Shown here piece after piece: positions 55,700 through 64,000 of a stretch of 64,000 nucleotides of DNA. How positions within the stretch are numbered: position 1 is the stretch's first letter; the number at the start of each line of letters is the position of its first letter. Under the pieces are notes generated by a model, which was given only the letters and a program-made list of their open reading frames with translations, searched no databases and had not been told where the DNA came from. Location: assembly GCA_965649765.1 (NCBI GenBank), contig OZ287758.1, forward strand, positions 21,266,001 through 21,330,000, given 5' to 3'. This DNA comes from Bispira polyomma (taxonomy: Eukaryota). A program made the translations under genes and the position numbers.

Positions 55700-56545
55700 T
55701 CCTTGCCGTATAAATTTAGGGTGGGCAGATCGTCTATCACCAAGTTTGTCCCAGAGATCTGCAAGGCCATTAATCAAGAATATGAGGCAGAAAACCTGTG
55801 CTGCCCTACTTCCCCCGCAGGCTGGATGAAACTTGAAGAAATACACAGAAATAGATGGATCATCCCTCACGCTGTGGCCTTCATTGATGAAAAACATGTA
55901 ACCATCAAGAAACCTCCAAAGGCTGGCAATGAATATTTCAACTATGAAGGGTTTCATTTAATTGTGGTGTCAGCCCTATCTGATAGTGACAGATTTATTT
56001 GGGTGGACCTTGGCTGCAGTCCCTATTAAGATGCTTAAATTATCAACCATTCGGAACTGAATAAAAGTTGGAAGACAGACCAATCGGGCTACCTAGACCT
56101 GAACCACTATTTGATGGGTCCAGACGTGATGTGAACTACTTTCTACTGGGGGACAACCCCTTTGGTCTAAGGCCCTGGTTGATGAAACCTTATTCCAGAA
56201 GAGCACTGATTAATACTCAAACGATATGCAACTACAGAATGTCCAGGGGGTAGGAGGGTTGTTAAAAATGCTTTCGGAATATTGGTCAGCAGGTTCCTGG
56301 TTCTACTGACAACTATGTAACAACAGCCTTTTGTGGCCACAAACATTATGGTAACATGTGTTATATTACCCAAAATCTTAGGAAACCACTGTGGAAACCC
56401 AGCACTGGAGCACCCAAACCCACAAGATGATCCACCTGAGTCTGAGGAGCAACTAATAATGGATCCACTGCCCAATGCAAAAAGAAATCCATTTACACCG
56501 GCAAAAGAGCTGAGGGACACTTTAATGAACTACTTTATGAAGTAA
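55700..56545 (+). pseudogene. PIF/Harbinger DDE transposase (HARBI1-like), decayed
   Basis: FRVGRSSITKFVPEICKAI..IDEKHVTIKKP..YFNYEGFH..RFIWVDLG; YFLLGDNPFGLRPWLMKPY..NYRMSR..VVKNAFGILVSRF; stops and frameshifts. Confidence 0.92.
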
Positions 56546-57414
56546 TCAGAATAACAGAATATGAAGTCTGACCTGAGCCTAACCTTAGCCGGACCTGAAC
56601 AGTAACCACCTCAGCTTGATGAGAAGCCAACCCAAGCCTGAGATGACATAGTAGCTGTAACTCCAAAAAGGTCATTTTCATCACCACCCAAATACAAAAA
56701 AAAAAAAAAAACAATTCATAAGGTTCGAACCCAACATCCATACATGTAATATTTTGGGCCCCACAATTGAAAACATAATAATTGCGAACCCAACATGAAA
56801 TATTCAAGACTCCAACACACACACTGAAGAAAAAAATCCTTATTAAAATAAATTCAAACCAAAGGCCTTCACTGACATAAAAACTTTCTACTGTGGCCCC
56901 CCTTATTATATAACCTAAAGATTCCACAACAATAGACAGGTTAACAGGCCATTGAGTGTCAGAGATCATGGGTTCAAACCGTGTTAGTGGTGTAACCAGT
57001 TGTTTGGGAAAGGGACTGGGGTCAAACCATGTCAATGGTGTGACCACTTGTTTTGGAAAGTGCATTTCGGGAAATGATTTTTTTTCCAATAAGAAACTCT
57101 TTGTATTTCCCAACTGTCAAAATATAGGGTTACAAAGAGTTTATCTTTTTTTTCTAAATTATTTTTTTTTCTTTCTTTTTATCAAAAATTTGAATTTACA
57201 AAGGAATAGGGGCTTCTTTTTCAATTTTGTTATTATTTTGGGTTTTTATTTTTAGGGACAAACACTGTTTATTTTTTACTAGGAGATTTACTGTCATTTA
57301 ATTTTGAGTTGGGTTTGAACTCTGGGCCAGTGGTTAATAAGTTCTGTGCGTGTGAATTGTTTTGTGGGGACCGTGTAATGCTTGTTTGGATTTTTTTATT
57401 AGGGGCTTGAACAC

Positions 57415-57640
57415 TAGGCCTGACATGTCTGACTACGTGCGACCCCAGAAAAAAAACCCATGGGTTTCGACTTCTTGATCTCCAGCTTGTGAAACGGGTG
57501 TGCTGAGACTCCAACTATGCCCTGATGTCTGTAACCTTTAGACCAAAGTTGATTGCAAGCTCATCCCAAAGTCAGTTCTTCAGTGAGCGGTCCTTGCATT
57601 GCTCATTCCTCTTGTTCCTGTTTGTCACGACATGGGTCAT
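57415..57640 (-). pseudogene. Harbinger accessory Myb/SANT (MADF-like) ORF, decayed, convergent with the transposase
   Basis: - strand reads NKRNEQCKDRSLKN*LWDELAINFGLKVTDIRA*LESQHTRF...FLGSHV, a MADF-like pattern; convergent two-ORF layouts occur in Harbingers. Confidence 0.7.
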
Positions 57641-58843
57641 CTTGCCTGTTTTCTTAACTTTACCATGAGACTGGGATGACTCTGTTGATTTTAATCCAAT
57701 CTCTCAACCTGTCACTCTGTTGCGGGGTAGCCCTGTCATCTCTTCTCTGTGTTTCTGAATCCTCACATGAAACCCCACCTCAAACTTTGGATTTGACTAC
57801 TTTTTTATCCCATTCCCTTCTCTCTCTTGCCTCTAGGTATGATAAATGTTGTATGTAATAAAAAACCTATGCTATAAAATCGTCCCTAAACTCAAAACTA
57901 TTAAAAATAATAAAAAAAACTTCCTAATAAAAATACAACATGAAACACCAACCAACAGTCTGCAAATATGAAGAGTGTGGAACTGCCGGGACCTATTTAT
58001 ACCGAAAACCTATTGGTTGGGAGTATATACGTCACATCCTACAAGTTTAATTGTATGTTTCCCCGGTTCGATCTTTTAGCTCCTCCAGCAGATCCTGTAG
58101 TCTTAGACGTTCTGTCCTACTCTGGCCACTTTAGGGTAAAAAACGTATTACGTTTAAGTTATAATGGGGTAGCTATAAGTTCAATCAGGGTGCAGTCTGT
58201 CAAATTGGGATGTCAAGTTCGATCGCCCATTCTGTCCTACCCAAACAGGGGGAAACTCCCAGTAGGATCAAATAAGCCAGTGCTAGGACATGTCTGGAGT
58301 GCGATAAGACAGAACGAAATGGCAATATGATGGAACATATGTGTTTTTTGGGTCAGGGAAGCTAGTCCGCAAGAGTTTTCCGGCAGACTATACAAACTCA
58401 AATGTTTTCGGCCCGCATCTCAAAAAAGGCAAATGTGTAATCGCTACATAATGCAAAAAACTCCTGTGTAAATGTTGATATATAGCACATATTACCTTTA
58501 TGCCCTGGTTATAGTAAAGGCGATTTTAGTATATTCTTTGTGTAAGTCTATACATTACCCAATAGTGCCATAGAAATCACTTGTTATTAAAACTATGTAT
58601 TTCTTTAGTTTTAATTCAGTTTAATGATAGAGGAAGTCAGAAAATGGTAGTTGGTCAAGGTTTTCTGCTCTCTTAATCACTGTGTTTCAACAGGTTTATT
58701 GCCAACGTTACCTTGGTCCAAGATTCGAAACCTTGTAGGTGTTTTATGCCAATTACATCATGAAAATGATTATTGATGTAACCTAACAAATTATGTTTGT
58801 GATAATATTCTAATATCCAATTATATGTGTGTACAATGTACAG

Positions 58844-58995
58844 GGTAAAGACAAAACCAAACCAATAAAGACAATTCAACCAGACAGCACAGAGAATGAC
58901 CAAGTCAAAGCTGAGGAGAAGAGGAAGAAGCTGGAAAAGAAGAAACAGAATGTCAGTATAACTCTGGCTGGATTGACGAAAGACACTGAGGAAAG
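58844..58995 (+). CDS. Ninjurin-like gene exon: charged N-terminal segment (GKDKTKPIK...EEKRKKLEKKKQNVSITLAGLTKDTEE)
   Basis: atgtacag|GGT acceptor, open frame, ending GAA AG|gcaagt (GC donor, phase 2) that joins exon 59587 in frame. Confidence 0.75.
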
Positions 58996-59586
58996 GCAAG
59001 TGGTGGTTTATCACTATGTACACAAGTTTACAACCGTTTTATTAAAAACCGAGCTATGTGAACGGTGTGATGTTGTATTCCAGTGCGATTGTACGGGTAG
59101 ATGTCACTTTACAATTACCACTGTTTTTTAATTAGCTTGTTTGCCATGGACACATATTGTTCAATGTACCAAATTAAATTTTGATGCATATATGTATATT
59201 TCTCCTGCTGTGTAGTGTTATCACCATGCTATCACTCTCCTGACAGGCTCAGTTTGTTACTGATTTGATTGTACAGCAACAATAGTCACTCGGGTATTTG
59301 TTCTTTGCTATGCACTCCACTGCTGACCCAAAACACGCATAATGCAAACTTTTTGTGGTTATCTTCAATTCTGTAACTAAATATGACGCCAATTTAATAA
59401 AAGCCACTCGGTGTGCTGTAGGTCTGACATAAAAACTTACATTACACTTGATCATATACTTCTCTAATGAATTCATTTTCACCTCAGCAATAAATATTAA
59501 AGATACATTTTTTATAAACTTAAAAACGTTAAAAACGTCCATTTATAATGTATATTCTATTGCATTATATTATATAATACAATCAG

Positions 59587-59746
59587 GTCGAAGTCCATTG
59601 AACAAACCAATCAGCGTACTCAAATGGCCACTGCTACAAGCATGTTTATTGTCCATGTGGGCATCCTACGGACAGTGGTCAACTCAGATGATGTCCAGTA
59701 CTATGACATACAGGTGGGATTGGTCGTCACAGCACTGATCCTGCAG
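59587..59746 (+). CDS. Ninjurin-like gene exon: amphipathic region plus first half of TM1 (..MATATSMFIVHVGILRTVVNSDDVQYYDIQVGLVVTALILQ)
   Basis: aatcag|G acceptor and CTG CAG|gtaatt donor; aligns with NINJ1 LKAVV..FYVPLVVLISISLVLQ. Confidence 0.88.
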
Positions 59747-60240
59747 GTAATTAGTCTCGGTGATACGCAGTCAACACATGGTAGCGGTAGCAAATTAGTT
59801 GTTTTCAAATGGTTTGGTAATGGTAGCAAATTGGTCGTTTTCAAATAGTCTGGTAAATTAAACATTAGTATTTTATTGTATTACAACTACAACCTTTTAG
59901 CAATGTTCAATTGCCATCACAATTTATTGTAGTTTATTGGGCTATAAACCAATAATATTTTAATTTATATGATTTGCAGAACCTTTAAGAGTGAATTAAT
60001 CTTACAATATGGTAAAGAAAAAAAACAGTAAACTGCTGAAAAGCTGCTATCTCATAGCTCATTACTATTTGAGCAATCTATTAAAGGTTATTTCTGTTCC
60101 TTTCTAAGTTATTGGTAGATTACTAACAGTATATATTTTACCTCTCTATTCAATGTTATTTGAGTTCTTTTTTTAATTTATTGCTGGATTAGTAACAGTA
60201 TATATTACCACTCTGTTTTATATTCAACTAATTTCTGGAG

Positions 60241-60714
60241 TACTGGCAGTCTGTATACTATTTGTGTTTTAGCTCATTGCTGAATACTGGTAGACTGTAT
60301 ACTATTTGTGTTCTAGCTCATTGCTGAGTACTGGCAGTCTGTATACTATTTGTGTTCTAGCTCATTGTGAATACTGGCAGTCTGTATACTATTTGTGTTC
60401 TAGCTCATTGCTGGATACTGGTAGACTGTTTAGTCTCTGTTTTCTAACTCATTGCTAGATACTTGTAGTCTGTATACTCTCTGTTTCGCAACTCATTGCT
60501 GGATACTGGTAGACTGTATACTCTGTTTTCTTGCTCATTGCTGGATACTGGTAGTCTGTATACTCTGTTTTCTTGCTCATTGTTGGATACTGGTAGACTG
60601 TATACTTTGTTTTCTTGCTCATTGCTGGATACTGGTAGTCTGTATACTCTGTTTTCTAAGTCATTGATGGATACTTGTAGACTGTATAATGTTTGTTTTC
60701 TAGCTCATTGCTGG
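60241..60714 (+). repeat. Intronic minisatellite, 11 units of 42-44 bp, each a copy of the splice acceptor plus exon start
   Basis: Unit tactggtagactgtatactctgttttct(ag)ctcattgctgga; the last unit is the real acceptor (AG 60702-60703) running into the exon. Confidence 0.92.
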
Positions 60715-60871
60715 TTTACTAGCTATCTATATTGCTGTTGTGAAACAATACTACACTGAACACCGTGGGGATGTTACAGAGGACTGTGTCAAGATCTGCT
60801 TCCCCTGCTCATGTATTCCCGTTCAAACCTGGAACAGGCAGAAGATGCAGTGTTCAAATATTGATATATGG
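60704..60871 (+). CDS. Ninjurin-like gene exon: end of TM1 plus Cys-rich loop (LIAGLLAIYIAVVKQYY...DCVKICFPCSCIPVQTWNRQKMQCSNIDIW)
   Basis: tgttttctag|CTC acceptor, 56 open codons, TGG|gtaaaa donor; phase 0 at both ends. Confidence 0.85.
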
Positions 60872-61434
60872 GTAAAATATTAGTATTGTTTTCAAATATT
60901 AATATATAAAATTTTTCTTCTACTGTTGGATATGCCATAAATAACCAACACTGAGTGAGAGGTCTAGGTGTGTAGCTCAAATCGTTGGTCTCTGGTAAAG
61001 TCGCCACTAAAGCGAACTCCGCTCCAGTCATACCAATTCTTCATAACAAACTCATACCACAGAGGTTTAGTTAACATTCACTGAATAATTATTTTGTAGA
61101 AAATTAATTCTATAAATCCTTATTAAACACTATAAATGTATCTTTACATTAGGGAGCAAATGCACTTTGGCGGTATCAATTATGTACGTTTGTTCATAAA
61201 CGTTTTTCAAAATGGCAAAAAGAATGTGACCTAAAAGTGTCTTTTCTGAATCAAATTTTACACAAAATGAGATAAAAGTAAGCGTTAATAGATAATTTAT
61301 GACAGTTAGAAAGAAATAGTTTATAGTAGTTCAGCAAAAGATAGAGGCAAAGCCCCAAGACCCCTCATTAAAATTTTGAAGTGGAGTTAGTGACGTCATA
61401 CTGTACTAAATGCCCTTCTGTTGTCACTCTATAG

Positions 61435-61812
61435 CTACAAGACGACACAAAAGAAGCCCATCATGCCCCTGAGATAGAGGCTGACCACCCAACTATTAGG
61501 TGCTGTCCATATCACTGCCTCTGTCACCAGTATGAACCAGAGGAAAGAGAGGTACTGAATGTCCACCAGAGATGGCAGGAAGACATGATCAAGTCCAAGC
61601 TGAGAGCTGTGATGTGTGACGATGAGGAAGAGAACAGAGATATGTTAGACCTTCAGGGAGAGATACTCGGGGGCTATGTGCAGGAGATCAGAAGGAACAA
61701 GATCTTAAGGAGAGCCACATTCTGGCAGAATGTTATGGCATTGGTGGTGTTCTTTGTGTTTGTACTCAATGCCCTCTTCACTGGGTTTGGACTGATCAAA
61801 CTGGGAGGTTAA
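61435..61812 (+). CDS. Ninjurin-like gene last coding exon: rest of loop plus TM2 (..RCCPYHCLCH..FWQNVMALVVFFVFVLNALFTGFGLIKLGG*)
   Basis: gtcactctatag|CTA acceptor in frame with ORF 61585-61812; VFVLNALFTGFG matches the ninjurin C-terminal VVVNIFITAFG motif. Confidence 0.88.
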   Translation, partial: LQDDTKEAHHAPEIEADHPTIRCCPYHCLCHQYEPEEREVLNVHQRWQEDMIKSKLRAVMCDDEEENRDMLDLQGEILGGYVQEIRRNKILRRATFWQNVMALVVFFVFVLNALFTGFGLIKLGG

Positions 61813-62533
61813 AACTAAGAGAGGAACAGATAGAGCTACCTGCATTCTCGTAGAGAAATACTTCTAAAGCATCTCCTCTAATGTAATGCCTATAGCATAC
61901 ATCCAATGTACATATCTGCACCAAATGAACCGGTTTTAAATGTTTAACACATTTAACTATCTCCTTTCGATAACAGAATATATTATGGGAAGTACATATT
62001 GAAAGTATATTGTTTATTCCAACAATATTAAGTCGGAATCTTTGGGGAATGGTTTGCATTCAAAACGATACCGATGTGAGGATGGTCTGCTTGTAGTGTA
62101 GAAAATGTAACATTGCATTGTGTTAGATTCACATTCATACTCACCGCATTGATCTACATTTGCAACAATTCTAAAATTCACTGAACAGTCAGGGTATTGT
62201 TGGATTTCGGTAAAAATAATTCTAACATGTCACAGCTGTGTCTGCAATTGTGATTGGCAGAAAGCCCCAGTAAAATGCTGCATATACACATGATGGAACA
62301 GCCGGTGTTTGTGTACAAACACCGCCTTAGTGGGCCTAAACCTTAAATCATGGTAAAATTCTGTGTATACCATGCTTTATCAGGTGTTATTCCTATAATA
62401 TACTAAAATACCACTAAATTCTTATGCTGTAATAGTAGTAACTATTTTCAAGATGGCGGCGCCCTGTGAATTTTAGAATTTAGCCTTCTTTATGTGGTAT
62501 TCAAAGCAGTATTTAACTGTGTCTTGGCTGCCA

Positions 62534-62790
62534 GGGGTCGCTGTGGCCTAGTGGTTAGCAAGCATTGCGCTTCACAATCAGTAGTTTTTTACCCTCTAGG
62601 ATCCACTGGCGTGGGTTTGACTATCGTCGATGCCTATATGGGAAAGGTCGTAGTTCCTTACTGTGGGCCGCTGGTTTCAGGGCAGAACCTTGATCAACAG
62701 TATGCAATGTTTCCTCCAGTGTTTCCAACTACCCATCCCAATATAACCTAAACAGGTACTAGAGTGGACATTAAATATCGCAATTCAAAA
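62534..62790 (+). mobile_element. tRNA-derived SINE, same family as 12110-12347
   Basis: ggggtcgctgtggcctagtggttagcaagcattg ... atgggaaaggtcgtagttccttactgtgggccgctggtttcag; degenerate flanking repeat tgtcttggctgcca / tgttctgactgcca. Confidence 0.9.
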
Positions 62791-64000
62791 AAACAATGTT
62801 CTGACTGCCAACCCAAGTAACTGGCATTTTCCTAACTAAAGACAGAGGGATAATGATGCCACAATTTATCAATGTCCACAATATTTGTAATCCAGAGGAC
62901 TACTGTTTTAAGTGGTCTTCCAATCCGCTATATATCTCCTTGTACATGGTCGCTCTAGGCTAGGAATGAACCCAGGTCCTCTGCATTTCTATCAGAGTGT
63001 GTTGCCCAATATGCGACAGTGGCAGATAATACTGGGAGTTTATAGATTGATAATTTTGGATACTGTTTGTACATAATTCTTTATTGCTCATTATTTAGAC
63101 TGAAGGTGAAAGTTCTTAAAGCTAGCATGCTGGGATATTGAGCAGTGATATTAGATTGTTAATGTATTATTATGACTTGGCTATGTATGATAAAATGGGT
63201 TCGCATACTTTTATGTTCATATTCTAATGACCTATAAAAGTATAATTAAAACATTACCAGATGTTAACTGTTTACTCGAATACACTTAGCTGCCTTACTT
63301 CCTCTGTCAGAAATGACACATATATGTGAAGAATAGACTTTATAAGTATTGATTTAAACTGTACCAAATCACAACCACAGCATTTACCTCTAATTGTGTA
63401 TGTGTATCGTCATGTTATGTATCATAGAAAGTATATCCACATATTTTCATAGAGTAACTAGCTATTAATATAGTCGTTCATAGGGTTTAAATAGATAATG
63501 ACATGTCTGTTTAAACTGGACGGATATACAGCTGATCAACTATCTTCTCACCCTGTTTTTATATACACTTGCTATACAATCACAAGGGTCAAACTGTACA
63601 GTTGGTGAGATTTATTATATTTTACGAATCCAAATAAATGGTCTAAATTTAAAAAAAAAAAAAAAAATTGTGCTATTCCTGTATATATGCAATAACTGTA
63701 CTCCGTGTTTTATGCAATAACTGCAATCCGTGTATATATGAGCACATTTTAAAGCAAAAGTGGTATATGTGTGTACATCATGACTTTATCTATTAGTTAC
63801 TGAATCAGGAATCTTCTAAGGTATAAGGACACTAAGGTATAAGGTGTATGCAGAATCATCTAATACTCAAGTGTAATTCTAGATTATAAACTACTTGAGA
63901 TGCATTAAAATGTCCTGACAACTTTAATAATTCATATAGTTCAATTATAAACATGTGACTCGAATAATTAAAGAAGAGTTAAAGAAAAACCAACTTGTCT

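Noticed and set aside
55700-56545. Domesticated HARBI1 host gene
   Set aside because: Several stops and frameshifts, altered catalytic motifs (IDEKH, VKNAFG) and an adjacent decayed MADF ORF indicate a dead transposon.
56535-57255. 192-aa and 99-aa ORFs
   Set aside because: They lie in the low-complexity spacer between the convergent Harbinger ORFs and show no recognisable domain.
60241-60759. CRISPR-like array, or repeat proteins from ORFs 60452-60667 and 60496-60759
   Set aside because: Units are contiguous with no unique spacers and no cas genes. The ORFs are artefacts of the 42-bp period and are not in the exon's frame.

Overview
AT-rich, repeat-rich eukaryotic genomic DNA from a marine invertebrate (repeat style suggests a lophotrochozoan such as a mollusc; this is inference), with one assembly gap (10692-10869). 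No prokaryotic operon or CRISPR array is present. Reading splice signals by eye gave two intron-containing host genes that the ORF track misses. (1) A + strand divergent ninjurin-family gene has exons at 58844-58995, 59587-59746, 60704-60871 and 61435-61812, plus a probable first exon at 55155-55226. It carries a ~140-aa Cys/His-rich insertion between its two membrane helices, a GC-AG intron, and an intronic minisatellite built from copies of its own splice acceptor. (2) The 5' part of an unidentified - strand gene appears to use at least three alternative phase-1 first exons (38390-38474, 20237-20300, 17834-17882) spliced to shared exons (8978-9017, 4276-4370); it continues beyond the left edge. 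Between the two genes lies an ~11.4-kb block bounded by degenerate long inverted repeats. It holds a fold-back element with tRNA-like arms, a B-box-like tandem array, a decayed L1/Tx1 LINE and a decayed Ngaro/PAT-type tyrosine-recombinase retrotransposon. A decayed two-ORF Harbinger transposon, nested MITEs, tRNA-derived SINEs, an L2 3' end and a Helentron-like fragment make up the rest. All alignments were done by eye, with no database searches.
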